Positions 36,101 through 48,221 of a stretch of 63,814 nucleotides of DNA are shown here, piece by piece (within the stretch, counting starts at the first letter, position 1; every line of letters starts with the position of its first letter). The position numbers and the translations under genes are program-made. Under the pieces are notes generated by a model. It made no database searches. It had not been told where the DNA came from and saw only the letters and a list, made by a program, of their open reading frames with translations. The DNA is from Psammoneis japonica (lineage: Eukaryota): the NCBI GenBank assembly GCA_008632985.1, contig QPGO01000030.1, forward strand, positions 1 through 63,814, given 5' to 3'.

Positions 36101-39100
36101 AGCAAAGTGTTCCATTTGATCAAAATTAGCATGTCATCATCAAAGTTGAATGAGGGATCAGGGTCACCTCATTGGCCAACAGGGCAAAGTTGTTGACTGC
36201 CATGGCTGGCTGAATGCACATGAATTGCAACAGCACATGCACTTGCCATTTGATTTTTGGGGAGAGGGTGTGCTGTTGTGAAGTGTGCACAAAATTGCGC
36301 TTGTAAAAAAGGTGCTAAAAACACAGTGGACAATTGGGCACAGAAATCTGGAATCAAGAAATGAGGGCAAGTGTGCACATGATGATGACTTGGGTGGGCA
36401 TGGACAAGATGCCAGTGTGCACAATGACACGTGCACAGGTGTGGAAAAAGTAAAAACCATGTTCAGCTGGAAAGCATCAAAAGAAAAGCCATCCATTTGT
36501 CACAAAAAACGCATGAAATGAAAAGCAAATTGAACATCAAATGCAACTCATTAAAGCTTTTGTCAGAAAAGGCAACAAAACTTCAGATGAAACACAAAAA
36601 TCAAAAGCATCACAAAAACCACTGCTGCTGACATTTTTTGCATTGAAGTGGTTGCAACTTTGTCAAAAAGTGCAAAAATTCACAAAGAAAAGCAGATGCC
36701 CCATGTTGCCCCTCTGATGATGGCTTGGCTTGTCTGCAGACTTTGTGCCTCCTGCACTTCATCTGACCAGGTTTTTGGCCTTTACTTCACTCAACCTTGT
36801 TGTGCTTCAGGTGTTTGCAAGTTTGCTCCAATTTGTCAACCTGCTTGGTGTGCAAAATGGACCACACCTTTTTCTTTCACACTGTGAGCTTTTTTGTGGC
36901 ACTCAGTCAGCTTGTGTTTTCTTCAGCCTTGATGTCATGAGGCTTGACCTGGGCATGTCTTTGTTGCAAATGCTGGCACCTCTTTCACAGTCATGCTCAT
37001 CAAGGGAGATGTCAACATCATGAGCATTGGCTCACAGCCATTTTCCTGCATCATCTTGCTTGACTTTTCTGTGTGAGATTGACTTGTTTTGTGTTGCTGT
37101 GCAAGCTGCAACTTTCTTGCTTCTCTCCTTTTTCTCTCAGCAGTTTGCACACAGATTGTGCAGAGCACTTGCTCTTTTTAAAAGTGAGCATTGCACCACT
37201 TGTGTGCCCTGCATGAGAAAATGCCACAAATGTTGCATTTTTGGGATGGTGGTGTGTGGTCCTTTCAGGCAGTCTTTCTTTGGCCAGTTGGCAAGTGCAC
37301 CCATTGACATTTTTTGTGCCTGACAGCTTTGAAAATCTGCACCTTGAAAGAAAACAAGTGGCTTTGTTTGTTTTTGTGCATCCCCAAATTTTGCACTTTG
37401 CTCTTCAAATAAACCCTGTTTGTTGTCACATTTGTGAAGAATGTGACCAACCACATCAATGGCCACTTAGAACAGCCACAAATGTGCTGTGGGCAGTGGG
37501 TTTCTTCACAACAGGTGGGAGCAATGTTGGGGAAAGACACTGCACAGAAAACAGGTCATTTCTGGTGTCTTCCAGAGCACGTCAAAAAGGTGTCTTTTGT
37601 TTCAAGGTGTTTGGGTTTTTCTCTTTTTGAGGGTCTTTCTTTTTGAGTTTTTTTTGTGAGGTGCAGCAGCTCTGGTGCTGAGCATGATTTGCACTGCCTG
37701 GCAAGACTGTGGCAGTCCATTAAATTTTCACAAGTGCTGCCATTGGCAAGTGCTGCATCTCATTCCTTGATGACTCTGCAGCTCTTGCAATGGGGAGAGC
37801 AGGCATGCATTTTGAGGCCAAATCAGGGGAGCAACAGGCATTGTTTGCAGGGACATGCAAAAATGGCTGCATCCAATGGGTGTCACACACAGCACCAGTT
37901 TGAAGATGACAGGAAGGAGATGGGCTGGTGTCCTTGGCAAATGTCATGTGGTCATGCAGCAAATCAAGTGGATTGCAAAAAAGATGCAAACATTCCTGAG
38001 TGACTGGGGTGCTGCAGACATTGTTGTCATTTGGACAAGCAGTGCCATGTGGCATGGGAAGCACCCCATGAGATGGACCAGGTGGATCCACTGAGAACTC
38101 AAAAGTCACCCTCACATCTTGTTAGAGCAGCCCTCCCTGACTGTAAATGGTGGAGGTTCAATGTGCCACTTGGCTGCTGTTTCTTTGTTCTTGTTTGCCA
38201 TTTGCTCATCACTTGTGACACATGCTTGTCTCTTGTCTGCTGTTTCACCTGACCAGACCAAGAGAGTCCTCAAGCCAGGACAAAGAGCTGTGAAGAACTT
38301 GCACACATGCTGCTTTTCTTGTGTGCACACTTGCTTGTTGTCTGCCACATCTCTTTCTTGCTTTGCTGCTCTCTCTTCTCCTCCCATGGACACACACCTT
38401 TCTCACCTCTCTTTCCCTCCCTTTGTTTTGGGAAATGTGGCATGCTTTTTTACCAGCAGCACATTTGTGCTCTTTTTTCCTCTGAGAGGGTGAAAGTTTC
38501 TTGTCACCCACCACCAGCGCTGTTGAAAGGTGCACAGCAGTGAGAGGCAAGTTCCAGCAAGTGCATTAAGGCAGCCAGCAGTGGTCAGCAAGGGACAGGG
38601 ACACACAACTGTCTCTCAAGCTCAGACATTTGTGCACATGACAACAACAAAATCAACAAGCATCAAAGGACATGCCTTTGCACAGGAGCCTCTTGTTTGG
38701 AGCTGCTGACAAAGCACTGCAGCAGGTTGCTTCTGAGACATTTGCTCTGCAAATGGCTGCAAGTGTGCCCCTTCCTGTCCGAAACAAAGAACTCTTGAAT
38801 GGCTGTTCATCGCAAAGAGAGTTTTTGGACATTCCTGCAAAGCAACAAATCAAGAGGTGCTCCTGGTGCCATTCATTTGTGTGGCACTTTAAAAAAATGG
38901 GGTGCACATCTGCAGTGCATCTGCTGATCTGATGCCTTTTGTTGTTTGCCTTTTTTTCAAGGCACTCTTGTGAGCAGCACAGAATTGCAGTGGCAGGTGG
39001 CAGGGCAGATCAGCAGCTTTTGTGAAAAGGAAGTGCCAATCAGTTTGCTTGGTGGCATGTGAGCCATTGGTCAAGAGTTGACAGAGTGCACTGGCTTTAA

Positions 39101-40714
39101 CATGATGCAACAAATGCAGTGTCATCTTGTCAGAGTGACACAGACCCCACTTCCCATCAGCTGTTGAGATCCAACGTGCCACCATTGGCCAAGATTCTGA
39201 ACAGTTTGTTGCTGTTGCAACTGTTGCAATCCCAAGACAAAATGAGCTTGTGCAGCGGGTTTATTTGGGTGGGTGCCAGCTCCAGGTGCTGCCCAGTCAG
39301 TGACTCTTTTTCGTTTTTGTGCTTAAAATGGTGGTCTGGAAATGCAGGAGCACCATCCTGGGCTTTGGACAGCCACAGGGTCAGAGAACTCACAGGAAGC
39401 AGTGCTGCACTGTGCTTTGGCTGCTGCACACCTGTCAAAGTGTCCAACACAAGGCCTTTGCCGCAAAGGGCCACTCCAGGAAGCCCTTGTGGAAAGTGCA
39501 ATGAGGCAGGAGGCCTTCAATGCAGGGGTGCTTGAGGTTCTTGTGACTTTGTCTTGAATTCCTTTGGAGTGCCTTGTCTGCAAATGTCAAAGAATGTTCC
39601 TTGAGCTGCGTCTTGGCAAAGCCCCCCTCAGCATTGTGCCTTGAGCAAGCCAAGGCATGGCCCTGGAAAGCCCTTGTCAATCTCTGCTGCACACTTTGTG
39701 CGAGCCCACATTTTGGCTTCATGAATCTGAAAGCAAGACATTCTCAATGCTGATTTCATCCATGTGAATTTCACCTCAAGGCCATGATGTTCTGTGGGAT
39801 GCTATGGGGCAGCTTCAAATGTCCATGGGTGGCTCTTTTGGTGCTCTGCCAGTGTGAACACAGAGAGCAATCTTTAGCTGGGCTACTTTTGACAGCTTCC
39901 AAACACAAGTGCTTGGGTTTTCTTCTTTGGCTGCAAATCTTGAAATTCCCACTCTGTGTGATGTCATGCAAGTCCTCAACAGCAGCAGGACAGCTCTCTT
40001 TTGGTCATCCCATCACAACAAATGACAGCACGGCTGAGCACTTTCTCCAAGATGATGCTGACAAACACCAGACTGCCAGCCTCAGCCAGTCTGGAACAAA
40101 TCATGTCATCATTCTTGGCCAGACAGGTGCCCAATGCAAGGGCATCATTGTTTGACTGGACACATGGACAAGTGTGCCATTGTTGTCAGTGGTGCAGACA
40201 AGCTCATTGGCAGAGTTCTTTTTGACTTGGAACATGAGGTTGGGCACACACAGGTTGCCATCCAGACACTCTGGATTTGTCCAAGTCACCCAAGCTGTTC
40301 ACTAAATTCTCAATGTGCATGACCACATTTAGCTGCCACATGGCCAGCCACCAGCCAACCTTCCAAGAAAGTGCTGACAACAGCCCCAACCATTTCTGGC
40401 AAAGCAGGTGCCAAGGATGCAATCACCGCAGCATTGTGCATCATCAGCACCGCCCTTGTGTCGTTGTTGGCAGCCGGCACTTGACTTGACTTCCTCACAT
40501 CTTTGAAGTGTTTTGGCTGGTTGTTGAGCTTGCTGTCTCACTCTCCAGGGGGCACTGGTGTGCAAAAGCGCCAGGTGCAAAAGCTGAGGAGCATGAAAAT
40601 GAAAAAGAGGATTGGATTTGCAGCCATTGTCCTTGCACAGTTTCCACCACAACAAGAAGATGAGCACCAACAAGCTTTGGTGCACAACGGGCATTGTCTT
40701 GTTCCCTGGCAATG

Positions 40715-41154
40715 TGCAACACACAGCCACTGACAAGAGCCAATGCATCACGGCGACGTGTTGCAGCCTTTAAATGTCACAAAGGGCGTGACAAAAATGA
40801 CCTTTTGTCTGCATGCATGCTGCACTGTGAATTCACAGCGGAGTGGTTCATCTCGCAACCATTGGGCAGGAGGCCAGGGGTTCGAAACCCTGAGTGGGAG
40901 TTGTCTGCAGCAACGTTGATCACTGTCGAACGCGTAAAACTCTGTGCAGTTCTGTGTGTTCCTTCGCACGCACCCACACTGTTCCGGCAAAACCGTGCAG
41001 TGTCAGCACACGTGAGCGTGGGTCGCGTGATGCATGGGGAGGAGTGCAACACACAGCTGCCAACAAGAGTCAATGCATCACGGCGACGTGTTGCAGCCTT
41101 TAAATGTCACAAAGGGCATGACAAAAATGACCTTTTGTCTGCACGCATGCTGCA
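40715..41154 (+). mobile_element. TRIM-like non-autonomous LTR retroelement, copy 2
   Basis: 110-bp LTRs at 40715-40824 and 41045-41154 (TG...CA), TSD AATG on both sides, PPT ggggaggag directly before the 3' LTR. Confidence 0.92.
40830..40900 (+). ncRNA. tRNA-like (Pol III type-2 promoter) sequence inside the TRIM; homolog at ~16890-16957 on the minus strand
   Basis: A-box-like agcggagtggtt and B-box ggttcgaaacc within a caggg/ccctg T-arm stem. The anticodon arm is not convincing. Confidence 0.6.
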
Positions 41155-42882
41155 AATGCCCTTTTCTTCGCTGTTGTTGCCTCTTTGATTGCCCCCAGCA
41201 ACAAGGAACAACAGCACACTGGTGCTGAGGGCAACCACACTGTGGCCAGGCCATGTGTGAGGAAAAAGGCCAGCTGCCCATGCTGCGTGTCCACTGCAGG
41301 ATTCCACAGAATCTCGTGAAAGCCACAGAAGCTGTTGCGCCCCCCCCCCACTTGTGTGTTGCTCTCTAACCCCCTTCAATGTGCCCTGTGTGCCAGAACA
41401 AAATCTGAGCTCCTTTCTCAGCAGGCAGTGGATTCTGCGTGCCTGTGTGTGGGATGCTGAGCAGCTTTCTTGAGAGCCATCAAAGGGTGCTAAGGATGGA
41501 GGGTGGTGGCTGTCAAACAAGAGCATGGAGTTGTCAGATGCCCTGGTGCATGCTTGTCAATGTGAGGAGCAGTGGCCTCATGGTTGCCGCCTCCCTGGGA
41601 TGACAACCAGCTTGCCTGTTGCATCTGCTGAGGTCATCTGCCAAGAGTGCTTCAATGTTGTGATGCACCCCACACAGCAAAACAGCGCTCATTTTGCAAG
41701 TCTTGTCAAAGGCATGGGATACATGGCAGAGTCCAGGAAAAGAGCTGTGAGATTGAGCCTCACCTTTCTGATGATCACCATCTCACTCTTGCCCACCCCC
41801 AAAAAACAGCAAGCTGTCTCCAACCAAAATTTGAGAAAAAGGCAGAGGGTCGTGCACAGAACAGCCTGTTGAACTTTCAGAACATGGCATTGTTGCAACA
41901 CTTGCAAAACCCAGTTGTGTCATCAGAAGCATGTCAAGCTCAACATGATTGAGTGTGTCAACAACCTGCGCACTGCCTGTTTTTTGCCGCACAGACAGCT
42001 GCTCTCTGCGCTGGTGTGTGCGCTCGGTCTCATCCAAAGAAAGTGTGTGCTTCACTTGTTCTCCACAAGCACAATGCATCTTGGAATGTGGCCAGTGTGA
42101 GATTGCATCCAGCCCCAAAAATCTTTGCTCTTGTTGCTCTGTGCACAGCTCTGCTGCTCCTGGCACACCTGGCTGGCACAAAAAGGGCAGATGTGCAGCA
42201 CTGCTGCAGCCTGGCTCCTGCCGCTGGCAGAGCAAGCTCAGCTGCAAGCAACACTTTGTGCTTGATGTGCACAGACAGCAACGTGCTTGGTCTGCACAGC
42301 AGCGATGCACTTGGTCTCCAACTGCAATGGTTGACAACCACCAAAGTCAAGGCCATTGGAGGGACCAACATTTTGGAGTGCTTGTGTGCAGGAACGTGCT
42401 CGCACACGAGAGTTTTGTGCTAAGCTGTCGGGATGTCATTATATATTCTTATATATATATTTTATTCTAACATCGGTTGGCGCCACATTGAGTACACAAA
42501 GAAGGATACTGAATAGTGACATATTGTGAAAAGATACCAAATCTCGATTTATAACCTAAAGATACTCATAGAGCATTAGCAAGCACAACCGTTACGGTAC
42601 ATACACATACGGTATATTTTTTGGAAATTTGCTCTTGCGCCACGAAAGAGAGGATCGTGAAAATGCATATACACATATAAAAATATGTATAGAGTCAAAT
42701 AACCCACGATTGGCGACGCATTGCGAAGAATCATCATCATACCGGTAGAAGGAGGACCTCCTAACATCAACAGGACACGCCACACCTCATCGTCCTACCG
42801 GTACCTATCGTTATCGTTGCTGTTTAGTTTTGTGTGATCGTAGGTATTGTAACAGGGAACATAACGGGGAGTATAAGGCACC

Positions 42883-45800
42883 ATGACGACAAAGAAATCA
42901 AAGTCATCAATCGTCGCTGATAGTGAGTCTTTTGATCGTGTTTTCGAAAAACCAGTTTCTTCATTGCTACAATGCTTTCCAAGCGCCGGATTACAGTACA
43001 TACGCTAAAGGAATTTGGGGAACGAAAGCAAAGGCTGGAATCATCAAAGAACGACAGCAGCTGCAAGAGCATGGCTTTGCCAATAGAACGGGAACAGAGC
43101 ATTGTAGAGGGGTTTGATGTAGAAATGACGGAAGAGAGCTTTTTCAACGAGCGGTTTGAGGCTAGTAGAAGAAGCGGAATGCAGATTGAAGAAGACCGGA
43201 GCTGGGACGACGAGTTTGCAATAGAAATGAGAGACGAAAGTGTGTGTGACGAAGCTAGTATGAGAGATGAACCAGTGCCTGAAATACTGTTGCAACGAAA
43301 GGTATGAAGGCCGAGGACGAGGATGAACTGCATGGCTTCTGGCAGAGGCAGGCCAAGGCAATGGCAAGGAGACCCAGAACCTACTTTTGGTCGGCGCTTC
43401 TTGGCGCCGTGACCATTGGGGTTGTGGGCATGGTCTTTGGGGAATTTTCAGTTGAGCCCGACAATGCTGGATGGACATCACGTGGAACAACTATTGCGGA
43501 TCGTACCTCTCAAGTGTTTTTAGTTCGTGGAAATCGAGGGAAGCTATTTTCTCGAGACGAGGATGCATGGGACGACTTGATAAACAACGTCCAACCAGGT
43601 TGGGAGACATCAGGATTCGACGACTCATCACCTGACGATGACCGCAGATTTCTGATGGATAGTAGCATTGATTCGCCTCTATTATCGCCGCGTTTCGGGG
43701 ATGAAGGGTTTGGGCCAGAGTCAACACTGCTCACCAATACATTCAGAGAAAAACAGCTGGTGCTTCCGTTCGAAATGACAGACGAGATGAAGCGTCGGTT
43801 GCAAGATGCGAGTTTTTCCAATTTGCTGGAAGGATGCGACCTAAATTGGTGAGATGGGCTCTACTGATGAGTAATGTACTGGCAAGCTCTCCCTCCTACG
43901 GTTGACCCTCTCACTGACATGTTGATTTTTTTGACAGGTATGACGCCTCCAACGCGACACAAGAGAATTATTTATGGTCAATGTGGAAGACCCAAAAGTC
44001 TTCAGATACTGCTCTGGACCCCATGCTTCTCAGGGATATCTGTTTTACCGAAGAGAAGACACAGGCTCATTTAGTGAAAGAGGGTCTCTGCATCACTTGC
44101 GACGGGGGTGGTTGTTTGCCTCCTTATGGACTGGTATTTTTCGCCAGGCTTTCTGTACCAAATGGTTTTAGCATGAGCTGCAGTGAGCTTTCCGAAGCAT
44201 GGGCCGAGTATCAATCACCTATTGAAACGCAATTAGCGACATGCGTTGAGGATGTAAAACACGCGTTCGATCCCGACGCGGCCCCGGAGAGTTTGCCTGC
44301 GTCTTGTCCTTTTGGCTTTTACCCTTCCTTGGTAGATGAGTTGTATGACTCCACCGTGCGAGTTGCATATTCTGCTTCTGTCTTTGCAACTGTAGATGAC
44401 CCAGTTGCTTTGTTTGAAAAGGTTTCTGGCTATGACCGGGGTACCGAACTTATCAAAGGTGCATATGATACCAACTTCGAAGATTTCGTGAACCAGCAAA
44501 TCGAGCTTTCTCTCTACAGTGACATGTTACTGGCGATTGGATCTGGAGTGGTGACCTCCCTTGCGATTTTGGTACACACCCGTTCACCCTACTTGACGTT
44601 GATTGGACTTCTCCAAATCCTCTTAAGCGTCCCCATCGCCTACTTTGTCTACGTGTTTATTGCACAGCTGGATTTCTTCCCTGTTCTCAACTTCATTGGT
44701 GTCTTTGTGGTTTTCGCCCTTGGAGCTGACGATGTCTTTGTCGCGGTAGACAAGTGGAAGAATGCTCGTCTCGAACACTGGGACAAGTCGACGGAATATA
44801 TTGCGGCGAAGGCCCTTCCAGACGCTGCTGGGGCCATGTTTCTCACAACCCTTACTACTGCTGTGGTAAGTACCGCACTGGAGCCGGTACTGTGTCTTTT
44901 CCTGTTCGGTTTGTATCTTGTCTTTTTGCTCGAAGTTTCTCATCGTTGCGAACTACTACCTGTGCGTAGGCCTTCTTTGGAACAGCCGTCTGTCCCGTTG
45001 CTCCAGTTCTCTGTTTTGCGGTGTATTGTGGACTTTTGATTATCTTTGACTACCTCTTATGTATTTTGCTGGTGTTTCCGGCTCTATGTATATACGATGA
45101 GAAAAAAGATGTACGAAACATTTGTTTCAATTGCCACGTCTGCCGCCAGCTTGAAGCGAAAGGCCCGCATGGAGAAGAAGACGATGAGAAACCAAGTTTG
45201 ATTCGACGCATTCTGCTTGTGCTTTACAATTTCATTCATCGTTTCCGCTGGGTCATGATGGTGATTATCTTGGCCGGATTCGGAGTTTCTACTTACTATG
45301 CTACCAAACTTGGCTTGCCCGAAACGTCTGATGTCCGGTTGTTGAGCGCGGACGACTTTCAGTACGAACTTCACTATGAGTGGCGCTTCAACTTGCTCTA
45401 CGAAGTTTTGGCCAGACAGGCGGGTAGTTCGACGTCTGTTGTTTTTGGATCTAAACCGGCTGACACGGGGGATCATCTTAACCCCTACACCTTTTCACAA
45501 CTCGTCCTGGACGAGACGTTTGATCCGTCGAATGAAGACGTTCAAGTCTATCTGCAAGGATTTTGCGACGATTTGTTCGCTCAAGACTTTGCCGAGAAGA
45601 CTGACCCTGACTATGTCTGTGCCATGAACCAGTTTGATGCTTGGTTGCAGGAACAATCCCAACTGGACCTTCCGGACGAGGCTTACACTGAATTTTGTGG
45701 TGAAGCGACGGGTTTACCTGTTCGACAAAGCAACTTTGATGCTTGTATCATTGGCTGGAGCGAACAATTCAGGTTCAAGCCCATTCTTGCACGTGGCGAC

Positions 45801-46721
45801 GTCGTGAAGATCATATATGTGCAATTCAATAGCAGGATTCGCTTTGACAGTCCACACGACATTATTGATAAAGAATGGAATTTAATAGAAAATTGGATGA
45901 AGAATCAGGCGGACAACGTGGCCCCAAAAGAAGTTGGCGATTTCTACTTTTCATCCGTTGATTTCTGGTGGTATGACACCAATGGACAGATGCTAAGCAC
46001 AACCTACGTTGCAGCTGCAATTGCTCTGGTTACGGCGGGCATTGTTATTCTGTTCTCATCCCATTCGGTGACGCTGACGTTGTTCGCAGTGTTTACCATT
46101 GGGTTTATTCTGGTTGCTACAACGGCGTGCCTTGTCGGCCTCGGGTGGTCACTTGGATTGTAAGTTGTTTCCCAGTAGTCGTTTGTTTTCTTTTTTGAGT
46201 TAATGCTGTAACGCGTTGTGACTGACTTTTTCGCTCTTGTCTATTCTTTAAGTTTGGAGGCGATTTGTTTTGCCATTTTGATTGGCATAAGTTGTGACTT
46301 TGTCATTCACTTTGCTCATGCCTACGCCGCTCTCCCGGGAATGCACTCCCGCGACGAACGTACCAAACACGCATTGATTCTCATGGGCCCGTCCATTCTT
46401 GCTGCAGCATTCACAACGATTGCTGCGGCAATCATTATGCTTTTCACCGTGATTACGTTCTTTGAAAAGTTTGCCTATATACTCTTTTTCACGGTTGTGC
46501 TCTCAACCGTGGGAGCCTTTATTGTTTTCATAACCTTGACCGACTGCATTGGCCCGACCCATCCAACCTTTTTGGTAGACTTGATGGTCAGCAAGTGCAG
46601 AAAATGCCGTAAGAATTGCAAAAAGAAGAAAGAAACAGCTGCTGCCTTTAAGGAAATGTCAGAAGACGAGTCAACGTCGGAGGACGAAAAAGAAGAAGAG
46701 GGAAGTCTTGCTGAGATATAG
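42883..46721 (+). CDS. Patched/Dispatched-like SSD protein, paralog 2 (two frameshifts in exon 1 at ~43000 and ~43300)
   Basis: Colinear with 19635-23544, same three intron positions, same GADD and GISCD motifs. MTTKKSK...EKPVSSLLQ aligns to MTRASFK...EKPVSCSLQ. Confidence 0.85.
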
Positions 46722-47119
46722 TTGTGAATTTATGGCAATTCTCAATCCGATTACATCATATAATAGCACATGTGCTGCTCTATCCTGTGTTTCATTCGAG
46801 AAGTTATCCCTCTAGAGGGAACGTCATTTTTTCGATGTGCGACAAACAACTGTACAAAATGCGAGCTTCAACTGTACTCACAAATTCCTATAAAGATGCG
46901 TGACATTGGGCCAACTACATCGCAAATCTGAAAACAGCCATTGTGAATCAGTCATTATCTTCTCCATCCTCTACTGGTGATAGGATCGCGAGGATTATAT
47001 CTCTTAGCTATTTGCGCAACGCATTTTTTGCATTGCAACGGCATGTAAACCTCCATTCCTATTTCCGCAAGTGACGAATCATCCCGCATTTGCATTATTT
47101 ACAGTAATCTCAAATCTCT

Positions 47120-47570
47120 CTAACGAGAGAACAGCTTACCCCTCCCTGTCTACTTCTCTCTAGCTTCTCTACTACGACTACGGTAGGTACTTCTAGCTAC
47201 TACTAGTGAGAGGAGAGGAGAGGGAGACACCTACTGTAGGGCCCTACTCTAGCTAGAGTAGGGCCATGCCGGTGCCATACACGGTATCATAGGATTACCC
47301 TACGTCATGAATACCGGCACTCTAGACTCTAGGGCCCTACTCTAGAGTAGAGCTAGAGAGAACAGCTTACCCCTCGCTATCTACTTCTCTCTTAAGGCCA
47401 TACTCTAGTAGTAGCTAGCTAGATAGCAGAGCTCTCTAGCTTCTACTCTCTCTAGAGTAGTAGCTACTGCTCTCTCTACTTCGAGAGGTAATCTCTCTCT
47501 ACAGTACTTCTCTACAGTACATACTCTAGGTACCGGTGCCGATAGAGGGTAGAGACCTTAGGCGGGTACA
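47120..47570. repeat. TA/AG/CT-rich island with an internal ~35-bp direct repeat
   Basis: gagaacagcttacccctc.ct.tctacttctctc at ~47126 and ~47357. ctag, gggccc and taccggt words. Lies 5' of the TPR gene. Confidence 0.8.
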
Positions 47571-48221
47571 TACGTACAGACAGTACGACAAGTGATGACT
47601 GAAATAACCGTTAATTTGTTTTGGGTTTAGTCGTAGACTTGTCACAATAATGGAAATCTTATTTAACGACGGCACGTCATATGTATTTTAAAATTTTTTT
47701 ATATATAGAGAAGTACATATCTTAGTTTACTAAGTGTCCAGTTGAAGCCCTGATTGGATTGTTCCTCGGTCCCAGAAAAAAGTTTCTCCGACATGTAGTT
47801 CTAACCTTACGCGTCACTCCCTACAAAATTGTGTAGAAAGTCCGGCTGCGGCAAATCGGAACCTACGTTGACTGAAGTACGAATTCTACACAATTTTGAT
47901 CGTGTTCGGATTGCCGCCAACAGAGCAATTTCACGCGTGACAGAAGCAAGGAATGTGCGCGCAGTTGGTACGACCAGGCGCATCCCATCAAAAAAATGGA
48001 CCGCCATCATAGAATTTGTACCAACATCCACGTAGGTGGCGGACTGCGTAGAATTTGAACGAAGAACTTGTTCTTTGCGAATCCCGCTGTCAGCTCTTGT
48101 CGCTCCTCTCCTCCGCCGCGCTTCCCGGCAGCAGCATGCAGAACACACCAACGAACATGCCATTCTCATTCCAACAACAGTCATAACATACACTTCTCAC
48201 ATCAAGCACAACAGCATCATC

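Larger units (their letters stand above)
25870..42420. mobile_element. Block B: ~16.5-kb TpA- and CpG-depleted nested transposon graveyard
   Basis: TA and CG rare throughout. Dense spurious six-frame ORFs lacking Tyr. Contains a Plavaka-like relic, a MITE and a TRIM. No intact host gene recognised. Confidence 0.85.

Noticed and set aside
40830..40900. Functional tRNA gene
   Set aside because: Only the A/B boxes and T-arm are recognisable, the anticodon arm is poor, and it lies inside a mobile element.
25870..42420. Very many overlapping Cys/His-rich ORFs as real genes or a metal-binding protein cluster
   Set aside because: They result from TpA loss, which removes TAA/TAG stops and turns Tyr codons into His/Cys. 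They occur in all six frames.
25870..42420. Foreign or contaminant DNA, or alternative genetic code, as the cause of the odd composition
   Set aside because: The same signature affects unrelated elements (TRIM, MITE, Plavaka relic, minisatellite) in three separate blocks and fades at the edges, which fits in-situ mutation better.
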